This document shows, piece by piece, positions 22,106 to 35,900 of a stretch of 64,000 nt of DNA (position 1 is the stretch's first letter; every line of letters begins with the position of its first letter). The notes below the pieces were generated by a model that was not told the origin of the DNA, made no database searches, and was given only the letters and a program-made list of their open reading frames with translations. The stretch lies in contig OZ004608.1 of assembly GCA_963924565.1 (NCBI GenBank), positions 12,214,001 through 12,278,000 of the forward strand, in the 5' to 3' direction. Both the position numbers and the translations under genes were made by a program. The DNA is from Ascidiella aspersa. Lineage: Eukaryota.

Positions 22106-25100
22106 GACACGATTTTACGTAAAATCGTTGGTCATAAAGCAACTTCCGAGGGGCTAGATCACAGATGTTGTTAAACACATATGTTTGTGTGTGTCTTTCA
22201 TTGTATGCTTACCACGTCTCCTTCTAAATTAAAAGTTTTACCAATATACACAATTTGTTTCGCTCTTTGTGCAAACGCTTTGCCGCCGTCATACTTTTTA
22301 TCTGATTTGCATATTTTGCGCAAGACGATAACATCAGGTTTATACGTTACGTTTCGATGTAGCTTTGTGACATCGCCTTTGAAAACTCATGTATTGTTAT
22401 ACTGTTCTTGGAAGGATTGTGAATCGGTGTAAAACGACCCAAGTCAGACTTCCTAGTCACAATTTGGACTTAGCCAAATTACCGGACCATGTCGAGTCCC
22501 GTGTCCGGCTCCTACTCCATAGCCCTGTGTTCGCAGATGTCCGTAACCAAAATAGGGTGGATACATATTAAGCGACTCATTGGGTAGAAAATATTACACC
22601 CTCTGCTATGCCGCATTTATTTATTTGCAGTGTGCTGTATTATCAACTTGAGGTTGTACAAGCGCAAGTTGTACGTCAGCTCAATAGTCTCGAACCTTCA
22701 ACCTGCGCTAAATTTTATACGACAGCACTCCGAGTAAACGTGTTTAACGACGTCATGATGTGACGCCAGAAGTAGCATTTGCTCACTGGAAAGTCACATG
22801 TATTACGTCATGTGCCGTCTAGTAATATTTACCGCCTATACAATTTGGAAAACTTTTTTATTTAAAACAGTTAAAAAATTTGACTCTAATTTCAAAAACT
22901 AGTTGCAAAACCTTTGTCATTGATCGAATTTTCAGACTTGCCTCAGAGCAAACGTTCAATGTACCTAAAATTTTAGTATTTGATTTATCAGTGGCCCGTC
23001 CTCAAGCAGATGATGTTTGAACAGAAATTCAAGCAGAAAGAAAGCAAACGTTTGACACTGCCGAATCGCGACAAGCCTCCCTTTAGGTAAACAGAGATTA
23101 ACAGTGTAGTAAATCTAGCTAAATAGCAATGTAAGTGTCACGTAGCCCTAAAGCAGGGCACCTTAGAGCTCACAAGCAACAACAACAACTATAAGCAATG
23201 CCATTTGGCTCTATACAAGGATTACTTTCGTAAAAGTAATATTCTAGTTTGACATTTGAACTGCAAAGGGCCTTATTACTACAGCAACATCTGATACTAT
23301 ATAACATGTGTAAATAGTTGATATCTGTACACAACAATAAATGCAAGTTTGACAGCCAATGACGTATCGTATACCCTTGATTATCTAGTCGAAATTATTC
23401 AACATAACTTATTATTTCGCATGTCCACTCGTAAGTAGCAAAGGTAGCTTAAAAGAGCAACAAGCAATACTTCCAACATTTGAAAATACACAAAACGGTT
23501 ACTTTCTCTCCATACAAAACAGAACACCAAATACACGGCCCTATGCAAAAACAGTCCTTTTTATTACAGCTTGTTAACCAGTCAGATTTGGTTTTAAATA
23601 ACATAGATTTTAACAGATTACTTCAAACAAAAAAGTACGTTTTGATCTCCAACGAATAAAAGAGAGAAAAACGTTGCGACTATGTCAACAATGCTTTTTC
23701 ATCCTTTCGTTTGCCTAGTCTACAGCAGCACGAAAAATACCTGAATGGACAACGGTAAAGCAGCAATTAGGCCTACTGAAATGTTCAGTTATACATGTTG
23801 TCCGTTCCTCCATACTACCAACTGCCAGCAGGCTCAAATGGAAGACGGTCGTAAATAATTTATAATAGCGGCTAGAAGCCTATTTACCGCCCTATCTGCG
23901 AATATATGGTGGTTATAAAGGCGTTTGACACCGTAGGAATTAAATACCACCGCCTTGTCTTAAAGTTGTTTGACAAGAACATTGACTGTCACTATCTTTT
24001 TCTGATGTGTGAAAACCTATTTTTTTTTCGAAATGGCTTAGCTATTATCTCCTCTTTTTTATATTTGTTTGCTCTTTGAAAAGGATCTTTTTAAAACAAA
24101 TGGCTAATTCGAACGTGGTCAAATTCAAAGATTTAAGTTCATTTAAAGAGTGGACTAAATAGAGAACTAAAACATGGTAAGCAAAAGTTAATGCGCTTCG
24201 AATTCATTTTTACGAAAGGCCATGTGAGTGTATTCCTTCAGAACTGGTGGCCCCGAAATACAAGTTTGCTGATCGCCAAATGTCAATCGTATGTCACAAT
24301 TATACAGTTTATTATAATTACTATCGATTGAACTCATGTATTATGAACCAGAATCGGCCACGGCCATACAGCTACAGGACCTTGAGGGAAATTAATAATT
24401 GATTCTTCTATATTGCTGTGCTGCTCCTTAGACGGGGCATATGTTCGATTTGCTGCCGTATTGATTCACCGGCTTTAGTGTATTTAAAATCTGCAAAGTG
24501 TACACATTTTGGGCAAAAACAGTTGTCTGTAGCAGGGCTCTGAACTCTAAACTATTACCGCTTTTATCAACAAACAATTTATTTTATTTACAAAGGTTAT
24601 ATTTGTGCCGAAAGTTTTACGGCTTAAAATTTGTATCGTTTATTGCAGTATATGTGAACAACAAATTGAATTTTTTTATAATTTATGCATAATTTAGATA
24701 GCGCCATTTCAGTGGAAAAATATCTCTTATCCTAAAAGTTGGAAGCAACAATAAAATCACATTATACTCCGATGGCGGCAGGTCGATGGGTAACCAGTAA
24801 TATTTTTGTAATTTCTTTTTTTTTACATCGCTGCCGTTTTTATAAGAGCCTGTCTTATTTTCATGGTTTATAAGCTTGAACCCAAAAAAGCCCCCAAAGC
24901 GCTTTCAAAACAATGCGTTAAAACTGTGTAGTTTCGAAAATTTGGCGCAAACTTCGCTACATTATCTTCTTCTTAAAAAGCTTTGGCAGAAGTGTCAGAA
25001 CTTTGACCCCAAACCAAACAAAACTCCATACAAAGCAAAGCAAACGCAACAAACAACACGCAAAAACTCTCGTCAGAAAAGAATAGAAGAAGGCGTCAAA

Positions 25101-26773
25101 TTCAATAGATGTCGAGCAGGGTGTGGTGGGTGTCAATAATGCCTTATTCCAGCTTTGCGACTTGAGACAACTTTTGCCGATATCCAACAGGTATTCCTGG
25201 GAGAGCTAAAATGCGACTCACAGTCCTTTTCTTTAAACTTTCGTAATTTTGTGCGCTAAAAGCTGATTTTATGGCCTTATAGTGATATAATAAAAAAATG
25301 ATCCTGCCCGGTGCAGGTAAGCAGAGGCAAACATACTTTTGCAAACACAAAGCATTTGCAAGTTGTGAGGTAAAATGCGTAAAATGTAATTGTTATATTT
25401 TGTTTGCATAACAAATTTTAAGTATGAAATTTCCAAATATAATATAAAAAATGCTGAATCGCCAATTCCTTAGAACGACTTTTTGTTTTAATTATTTGCC
25501 AAACATAGTTTATATAAATAGGTAACGTTTGTTAAGTTTATTATAGTGTCTTATATAATTTGTGCCGGTTTGATAAAGTTTGTGGCAGTTCGTAGATTGT
25601 GGATGTATAGGTAGTTTTCGAGAGTCAAATAAAAAAGCTCTTATCTTTTAATCTGTTACTTTAAATCTTCTAGTAAATTTCACATCAGATAACAAACAAG
25701 AATAAACAGTTTTCAAACAATTTTAATGAAAAAAAACATTTTCTAAATATTTACCAGTAAGTCGACAATATCAACTAGTCAGGCACCCAAAACTTCGGCC
25801 AGAGTAAGACCGTTAAAGCCACAGATATATATTACAGTGAAACATACATAAAAGTATCACTCAAATCGAAGCATGTAAAACTCGGTTGTGCGATGGTCAT
25901 TTGCAAAACGGGTTAAATTCGGGGTAAGTCGTTTTTTACTTTTGGTTATCAAGTTATTAGTTGAAGTCGAGATCCAGTAATAGTCACTTTCATTATAAGG
26001 GTTGTTGTCCAAGTCATTGACTTCCAACTATATTGTTAAAATTACCAAACTCACTGCGATATTCGGCATACCCAAAATCTAACTATATAGTGATTTAACT
26101 ATTTTTTTATTATTTCCTAACTTTATTTTAATGCCCCTAAAACTTAAATTCATGATTTTGCACAAAGCTATCGGTCGCCTCCAGCGGACAAATTTAAAAT
26201 TATGTTTTCCGCATGCTAGCGCTCAATTACTAAGCAACTTTTTCGTCGCTAGGTGGATATAACATTAAAAATGTAAAAAAATAAAAGTCAAAAGTTGAAC
26301 AAAAGAGCAAGACTTTAATGCTGACTATAAGGCGTAATTTAAATTTCCAAACCTTTCTTAACTGTCTTTTGCCCTAGCTGCAAAGAAAACTCCTTAAAAC
26401 AAAAAAAATATTCACATTCATTTTTTCACGAAAAGAAACGAAATAAATAATTTAGCAGGAAGCGATCGGTTAGCACAAGATAAACGACCTCGAGACGCCG
26501 TGATTGTGACTTTGATGGACCCGAAATGGTACGTTTTCTTTACAAAAGCAAGATTTTGCTTTTGGTCGTTTCAATCAATGAGTCGTATATTTAGAGGTGG
26601 AAGTAATTCAAACAATACATCACTCTTTGCCAACGAGTAAACTCAAACAAGTTGAGCCAAACTGTTCGTGTCAATATTTGCGAAAAGAAAGGTACACATC
26701 ATCATCCAATATCGTTTAATAAAAAATTAAAATCCATGCATATCACACACAAAAATATGCTGTTGCTACCAGG

Positions 26774-26915
26774 TATAATAAAAAAAGTTACTCTGGTATA
26801 TATTTGTTAAACCAACGTTTCGGCTTACTATTCGGAAAGCCTTCATCACGGAATGACACCCATGCCGAAACGTTGGTATAGCAAATATATACCAGAATAA
26901 CTTATTTTTATTATA
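26774..26915. mobile_element. Inverted repeat (about 50-bp arms) containing a degenerate hammerhead motif; Penelope-like element end remnant
   Basis: The arm TATAATAAAAAAAGTTACTCTGGTATATATTTGTTAAACCAACGTTTCGGC has a near-perfect reverse complement. The minus strand reads GTGATGA-A-GGCTT..AAGCC-GAAA-CG-TT-GG. Confidence 0.7.
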
Positions 26916-29900
26916 TCACACACATATCAGTCAAAACAGTGAGGGATGAGGAAAATAACTATTAATCGGATTCGCCTTGTCCTTTCTGCCAGTCTTTTAA
27001 TTGTGTTAGGAACCGACGGATGCCGTTAATAAATAATTGACCAAATAAAATGTGAAGCTTTGATTTGCTTCGAAAGAATGGTTTTAGAGCTTCCTGATAC
27101 ATCTGAAAAAGTTGAAAACATTTACGACAATTTACGTTCTATTTAACCAAAACCTTTGCTCCCCTTACCATTTGTCAACGCAAAAACGGCCGAACGGGCA
27201 AGGTTAAGTTTCATCTATTATTTATTGGAAAGCACTCACTGCAGGCGAGCGAGCAATCCGATCGACAAGATATGACCAATTGCGTTCAATGCACACCAAT
27301 CATTGTTTTCTTCGCGTATCACAATCATTAAAACTCTGAAATATTTACTTAAAAACAATGCGTTTCGGGTAATTTGGGAAAATCAAGTTATAAAAGATAA
27401 AACTTTAGATGGACTAAAGCCCTAAAATGATTTAACTTCGTAATGTATACAACTTAAACAAAAGAAAAGAATAGCTTAACCTCAAAATGTAAGAATATTT
27501 ATATGACTCTATTGTGCAAATATTATATGAATAACCCGAAAGAAGGGGGATGTTTGTTACTTCAAATTAATCTGATAGCATAGCCTTACACATTTTATTT
27601 CACTATGATTTTATTTTCAAGAAGTAAATAAATTAACCCAGAACCAAAAGTATAACAGTAGTGTCAGGCGAAATATTGAGACATAATTATTCACAAGCAT
27701 CAGTTCAAGTTACAGTCGAGTGTTGTTGTATTCTATATGGACAAAAATACCTTCCCGAAATAATGTTGCAAAAAGTTACTTGCCACGACCGAAATACCTA
27801 TTTCAATTAGATATCGAGCTACCGCCGATGCCAGGTTGGTTTGGGATTAGTGGCGAGACTATCAAATATAGTATCAGGTATTGGACCTTGTTTGATTTTA
27901 TCACACAGTCGTTTCTAGGCGTACTTTCAAACCAATAACAATAAATATACTGTTGCTGCCAGGCATTGTACAAATTGTAAAACTGTTCATCCGGCAAAAT
28001 CGTATTAAAGTAATTACCCGAATAGCTGGTCGAAACGTTGGTAATTTTTACAGTAATGACAATAAGTTTTTTTTAACAGTAATAACAATGAGTCATGCTT
28101 TCGGCGAAGGATTGTAAACTTTTCGGGTTGTGACTCCGAGAGAACACATATTACACCTTATAAAAGCTCCATCGCATCACCTGCATGGCATCGAGCCAAT
28201 CTGTGGCGATCAATAACATGAAATAATCCACGGATTAGCATTCTACCAACGTTGCGTCAAACTGTTGGCAGTTGGCACCTACCTATAGATCGCTCAAATC
28301 AATAGACACAGTCGATTCGAAATTTATTTCAAACGTGCCATGCGTATAGGAAACGTTACAACGCTTGTCACGATTAAATATCCAGCCACTTCTTCGACTG
28401 TCGGAAGCGTTCGTCATTACACTGAACGAAAGAACAAATCCGCCGATTGCATATATTTGAACCAGGATGAATCAGAAAAGGAAAAACTCGAACATGGAAT
28501 TATAGGTATGTCTAAATCGATGAAAGCACCGCTTTTGCTAAAGCACAATTGGATTGCCCGAATCTAAAAAATAATATTACATTTTTGTTAAAAAACAACA
28601 AATACATTAGGTATAAAAACTTCAAGGTAATAAAATGGAATTAATTTAATACGAAAGTTAATTTGCCCGAACTTGCCAAGGTGTTAATTTTTTGTTTAAA
28701 TTACTGATTAAAATTTGTTTTCAGAAAAGCAAGCACCCCCTTTCCCAACATATAACTATTGTTGTAAAAGTAAAGTAGCCTATATGCTTATCCAGTTATT
28801 TTGTATTGATTATATTCGATAAGTATTTGTTAATTTCGTTCGCCAATAAATAGAAATACTGTTTTACCAAGTGTGCAATATGTCACCTAAAACAAACGTT
28901 TTCAGGTATATGTTTTGTCATTAGGTTAAAAACATATATTTGAGATAAAAATAAAACGTATTTATAAACCTTTAGTCAATTAATAGATTTCGCTAAAGAG
29001 GTTGTTCCTTATTATTTTCAAAAGTTTAAAGATATTTTTAGCATTTTTGTTTAAACTTTTTTATATATTATTATGTGTATGAGGCGCAAAACAATTACAA
29101 TACAATTAGGTTTCTTTTTTTATGATGTAATGTACGTTTGTCTTGTATTAGTAAACACTTAAGCGGGCAACGCAATAAGAAACGAAACGCTCTTTCGTTA
29201 CAAAATTCTTTATTGACACGTTCAAAGACAAATTCTTAACTTAGAATGCTTAAAAATTTGTGAGAAGATTTAAATCGAGTGGAAATAAATAATCGTGTGC
29301 ATTTCTAACCGCAAGCTAAATCGGTTGTCGGCAGAAAAAACGTTCAGATCCAATCGCCCCGTGTATATAGGCAAGCCTAGCACGGTATAACATTTCGTTA
29401 ATGAATGCTTGGGAGTTTATCGCTTGCAAGCACTTTAATTATTCATAATATTTCCTACACTAAGACGGTTAGAATACGCCGCGTTTGCAACTCGCATAAA
29501 TAGGAATATAATTCTGACGGATCATTGGTTTTAAATTCCATAAATCCAAGATTGAGAAAAATTGAACGCAGAAAAGGTTTTTACTGTTGGGTTCGTTTGT
29601 TGTCTCATTCAGTGTGACTCATTTCACGTCGCCAATCGTATTGCTAATAACGCTCAAAAACGCTGTGACTGAGGCGGTTCTGTTCATCTCGCCTGATATT
29701 TCGTGCAGCATTTAAAATTAGTCATTAAACAACAGTAAAATCGTTTCTAACCTGACAACATGGGCATCCACATCTCATTTTTGTGACCAGTTTAGTGGCT
29801 ATCATAACAAAACAGAGCATTTTTTTAAATAAGTTATTTTGGAGTTGAGGGCCTAATTTACTGTTGTCAGTACAGGTGCAATAAACTCGTCATGCATATA

Positions 29901-32900
29901 GTAGAACAAGTTAATCCGGGAGGCGAAATTTATTTGAACACAGTAAGTAAAATGTTCGTTAAAGCAATACACTGAAGTATTGCTAGTGGAAAATAGCTGC
30001 AAACAATTTGAAATCAATCCATGCTCGAAAACATTAAACAACTTTCTTCGCCTATCATTGGTCGCTGTACATCCGCACCTTTAAAGGCACAACACATAAA
30101 CAGCGGCGCCATTATCTACGCCAGTCGACTTTTGATGGCGGAGTATATGTGCCCCGCTCGACCGCCCTTCCGTCATTTGACAAGTATTTGTGGCGTCATA
30201 TCCTGGAAACTGGGTGAACGCCTGAGAGGGGCTGATCGAATGTCGCGTTTCGTGACGCAACAAATCAAAGCAAACCGTTGGAACGAAATAACATCGTCGT
30301 TAAACTGTGTAATCAATAGTTGGTGGAATCGTTTAACCTTGAACACAAAGCATAAACTGGTTTTACAATTTTTCGAATGAAAATCAAACGTTATCCCAAA
30401 ACTCCACTCAAACGTTCACACAAAAACTATTATTTTATGTTCTATATATTACATGTATTTGTAGAAAAACCCAGTCAGTCAAATTTATGCCTAAAAAAAG
30501 AATGTGTATTTATTATTCCCTTGTGTTCGCATTTACCCTTTTTATTCCACGGTTTAAATTAAAACTGTATTAGTTAAACAGAGTCCAAGGTTTATAACAC
30601 AGCAGCAAGCAACAGTCCCAAAGGAAACTACAAATGGCAACAAAACAGTAGCAAGTATTGAATGCAGTCTGCGTTTGGCGTGAACTTGTGGTCGTCCAAC
30701 AAAGTAGCAACAAATACCGAAATTCGTTACTGCGCGGCGCCGTTTCTCGAGGATCCGCTAACGAGATTTCGTGAAATATTTATGCGCCGAACCGTGAATA
30801 GGTCGATTGTTATCTGTCAATAAACGTCATGTCAGCGCCGGCTCTTCGGCCTTTACCGCCGCTCGTTGATTTGCGTAGGCCGGTAAAATAAAAGCCCAGT
30901 GGCATAAGCGCGAAACAAAATACCCTGCTTCGAATGGGTGAGCCGGACTTTCACTTTTCGAATTTTGGATAATCGTGGTTAGCATAACTGCACCCGATCG
31001 CACCTATCTGCGGCTTAATAGAATGGAAAGAAAATATGTAAATAAAGGTAAAATCTGTGAAAGTAAGTATTATCGATTTTTTCATGTGCTGGTTGTACGA
31101 AAGGGCTACTAAGTCTCTTACCTTGTTGAAACTCTGAAGGGGAAACGATAGAGTAGTTTATAATTAGCCTACCAAGTTACTTTGTGTGGTAGATACACAC
31201 AGGCAAAATAAATACAATAACCCCTGGGTGAGGCAATGCAAAAGTGCTGAAAGCTGTTTGCAGGCCGCACGTCTGAAGGATGCCAGCGATTGCAGCGTTA
31301 TGCAACAATCGGTGTTCAGTTCGTATACGGCAAAACGAAATTGCGAGCTCCTACCACAATTTAGCCGATCACTCCCTCGTTTTTAGCTGGAAAGCAGCCG
31401 ACCGGATTCTGATCGTTCGCTGCTCACCAGGCTAGATTGCTTCCTTTCTGTGCTGTAGGCGAGTTGCGAGATGATCCTAATTGAACCTGCGCCACTGGAA
31501 TGAAATGGCGCAAGGCTCTAATGAGATTGATGGGGTGTAGGGGTTTATTCGACGGTTATTGAAAGACGGTCGATTGGGAAGATTCCAAAAGTGGCCCGTC
31601 GCCACTTAACGAGCTTTTATTTTTTAAAAACTTTTACATAACGTCTAACGCGAAAATATATTTCAAACTCAATTCGCAAACAAATGTGGTCCCTTGGAAA
31701 AATTTTATTGGAAAATTAGGTTGGACAATCGATAAAGCTATCACCGTTCTCTAGCCTGCAAGTCTGTCTGGTTTGCGAGTGCACCACAGCTGTAAAAAAT
31801 GTCTTTACAAAAACGGGCGTATTGTCCTCTTTGACAGTGGGTGGCAATTTATATAATCCGGTAGTCTTTTGATTTCCAATATCCTACTGATCAACTGTAT
31901 CGCTTGACAAGTTTTTATACTGTTTTTAAGCGAGTGCCTTATGTTGGTTTGGAATTGATGTTTTTTTTCATTTTATTAATATACAGCAAGGCTCAAGCTG
32001 ACGGGATGTCTATAAATTAGCCGTTAGCCTTGACATACTGATGCATAAATTTAGAAATTTCAACCCAATGATTTTGATTTGTTTTTAAATTAATCGTCGG
32101 TAAATATATGGATAGGTAAATCGATTTTGGTTAAGCACACAAATGTTATCTAAAACGTCTATTTTTAGGTTTAAATAACATCGTCACAGCCAGCCAAAAC
32201 TACCTCAGTGATTATTTCGGTCTGGTATTTTATTCGCCGCGTGCTGTAAACAGAACAAGTCGCATAGTCTGTATATGTAAGTAAGTGTATATCTGTATTT
32301 TTAATAGTATGAAACTTAATTTCCTACCACCTTACGTGTAAGAGAATTTATTCACGGTATTTCAGGAAATAGATAGGGAAATAAAAGAGTTGTTTAAAAA
32401 AATGTCCCGCGTAAAGCGACTGCGGTAATGCGGTATGTTTGACACGTCTTGCAAAAGAGGCAATATTCAGCAAAACACAGCTAGCAACACACACACTGCA
32501 ACTCCTTATAAAGGAAATTCAATTTCCTGAAGTAATTCGTCATCTTGTTTTTGCTTTGAGCGCTGCATATCGACAATTCATGTATATAGTGACTTTCTTT
32601 TCTACAGTGTTTTGTTACTATAATACCAGATTAGCCTATATTTATTTTACTTAAAGTGCCACTAAATATTTAATATCGGTAAGCATTGCGGTAGCCCGAC
32701 AGTTAACGGCCAATGTTACTTTTCAAGTATGTTTATCTATACCTACGCATGTGAACAACTTTAAGTAATGTATAATTACTCAGTTATCTTATTGGTAGAT
32801 TGACAAAATAAGTGATGCACTTTCATAATCTAATTGTCTTCAGTCATTACTAATTAATCATTACCTTGGAAACAAATACCAGTTTGTAAACATTTTAGTT

Positions 32901-35900
32901 TGCGATTAAATTGTTTGGTTAAAGCGTCGTGTTAACCTTTCAACATTAACCTTTCAATGAAAAAATAATCGCTTAACATGATGCAAAACCATGGAATCAC
33001 AGCACCAACATCCAGTCTTGTAAACAGACCATTATGTAATGGTAATGAGTATGACTAATGTCCGGTTTTGTCAGTTTCAGTCTAATCAATAAAGTACAGT
33101 TGATAAAGCCAATGGCTTTTAAAATAAAGTGTTAAGCAATCAAATGATCATTAATAATTTTTTGTATAAGTAATTTTTCGCAAAAGTTTTATCGTAAATT
33201 TAAGGCGTTACGAACGTATGACATAATTGCATTGACGTAATTGACTTAAGGTTATTTATCTCTAGACATTGACTAAAGTCACATGACTACCGATAACTAT
33301 GTCAACTTTAAGGTTAAGAGCAAAAGTCGTATTTTCAGTACATCTTAAGTTTTGGGTGTTACCTTACTTCGAAAAGCGTATACGACTAGGTAAGTTTAGA
33401 ACTACATCTTCTGTTGTGAACGTTGTTCAACAGTCCATTATATCTTATCTTGGTGAAATGACGAGGTAATCAAGCGTGACCAAGTTGATAAAACTATCAC
33501 GCTTCATTGGTAAGATAAAAAAGGTCGACCTTTCGTAGATGTCCAAAGTGATAACTTATAGAAACACAATTCTCTTTAAGTAAATTGAGGTATGTTGAAG
33601 TAGAATAATAAACCCAAGAATATTGTAACATGACACGATCCCAAACAATTTGAAGGCCAAAGCGATAATACAACAGCTGATAGAGTCTCGCCAGACTAGT
33701 CAGCTCTTTAAATATTACTGGCCACGATCGAATTTTGAAGTTTCCAATAAAAGAATATTCCCGAAATGGCAGCACTTCGGTTGTTTAATGACGCAAGAAA
33801 AAAAATGTTTTATTTAATCTCGCCAATGTGATAACAACACGACGAGACATGCCCATTGCCCATCCATCCAAACGGATTGCCCTTTTTCTTATTAATACTG
33901 TAATTGGAGTCAAATGAAACGCGGTTATAACTATCTCAGCTTTAAATTTAAGGCTCATTACAACCGAACGACCTGTGTTTTCTTCTACATGTGGCAATAC
34001 CGATTTAATGTTAAACCCACCTGGTTTTTAATTAGATATAGAGTATTACGTGTTCCGTAATGTTCTTTAAGACGACTTACATTTTACCACAGAAAACTTT
34101 ATGACGTATGTGTAGGCTTTAGTGCAAATCCGAAACGTATGGGCTTATAAATACCAAATCGCAATTTCTCCTAACTTTGTATCAATATAGGCGGCGTCGC
34201 CAGTTTTCGAAAATAGCAGCATTGTGCCGCCTACACTTTTTGCGCGTTTTCCTAGCGGAACAATGTCCGCAAACCAAAACAGGCCTGCAGCGCGTCTTCC
34301 TTAATTCGCCGTTCGCCTCCGAAATCGCCAAACCAAGACTACAAAGGCGTAATGAGTCACGTGGTTTTGTTGCAGTGCAGATTTACGACGGCCCGATTGT
34401 CAGCCGACAATAGCTGATGTGCCACCAACCGTGACCCTTTCTCTTTCGTCTGGACGCCATATTCCTGAATGACGTATCGCGCTGTCGGTCGGGCGAAACT
34501 TGATGCGCGCTGGAAAAGGTGTTCCAAGCGCCAGTGTTTATTTTTCAAGTCAACAAAGGCGCTTTGGCAATTTGGCGACGTCGCTTGTTGTATGAGGCAC
34601 AAAATGCGGTTTTGCTTGTTAAAGTGCGCCGTATAAACGCGAACAAATATCCCAACGCATACAAATTTCAAAATTGTAATATATGTGAGACCTGTTGACA
34701 AGACCCTGTCATTTATATTAATTTTAAGTTCTTATTTGGACCACAAGCACAGGTTGACATGTAATGTTGCGAACACAAGTCCAAGAAAGGTGGAAGTGAA
34801 TTTGAAATAGCGGTTTCGTTTTCCCAGCAACCTCGGGGTGTATCCTTCGGCGTGAGGAAAATTAACGCTTTGCTTGTTGTGCTTAAATGTCAATTTTGAA
34901 GTATGCGTCACGCCGACTTGACTTCGTCGTCTCATGGCATTTTCGAAAAGCTCACGTCGATGGCATCGCTAAATATAAACGTAAGTCATTGCAGCCTATT
35001 ATTCGTAGTATTACGCTCTACTTTATTATACAGATTTATCTTTAGCAAGTAGTGGTCACTGTGCTTATATTTATTAGGAGTAACACAAATAACAATTAAC
35101 AATATCTTCTGTTTTAAATTTTTGTAGTCTGTTGTATAATGTCATTGTGTTGACGTTTGTTTGTTAGTCCTTATAAACAATGAAACAAGTGAATACCTAA
35201 ATTGGATTTTTTAATAGTAAGGGGAAAACTATTTGTCACGCAAGAACAATAGCTCATTCAAGGCTTGCCAAAACTGAACACAACGATGACCGAACTGACT
35301 CTAATTTTGTACTATGACTGGTACCAGATAAGAATCCGATATAGTTGGTATATTAGTTCAATGTTTCAATACAATTTGTCGTTATAGTGACATCTGATAA
35401 CCCGATAGAGTATGGTTCATCACTACCTAATTTATATCAAATATGAGAACAAGACCGAGTGACTTCACTTCGTTGGTAGAAGGGAAATAGCAATTTACGC
35501 GCGTAACGCATCAAGGGAATTAAAGAATAGCCCATTTGTGGGGAAACAAAAGACGAAAAAGTTGTACGGGGCGATTAAAGTGGTTCAGTAATCGATTTCT
35601 GAAGTTTCTCTGCGCGTAAATTAGTGTCGCCCGTGCCGCGAGTCCTATAATTTACTGCAATCAACATAATTCGGTTGCCCCCAGGCAAGACGAATTGCAA
35701 TGAGTGACCAGGTTGAGTCATCGCGTTACGCCTCGTTTTCGGCAAACAGGAGAAGTGCCACAGCAGCGGCAAATATTTACATATTTGTTTTTCTGAGGTA
35801 ACCACAATGACGCAAACTGAAAATGGCACGGACTTCGCTTTTTTGAAGTCAATGATAACGTTCCTGTTTCCACACGTGACATTGTGGCAAAAACCGTTGG

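Noticed and set aside
22053-22160. Functional tRNA gene
   Set aside because: It lacks a pairing 5' acceptor strand and a canonical D-arm and anticodon arm.
22345-22380. Minus-strand GATGT..ACATC-GAAACGTA hairpin resembling a hammerhead 3' half
   Set aside because: There is no CTGANGA-like core upstream.
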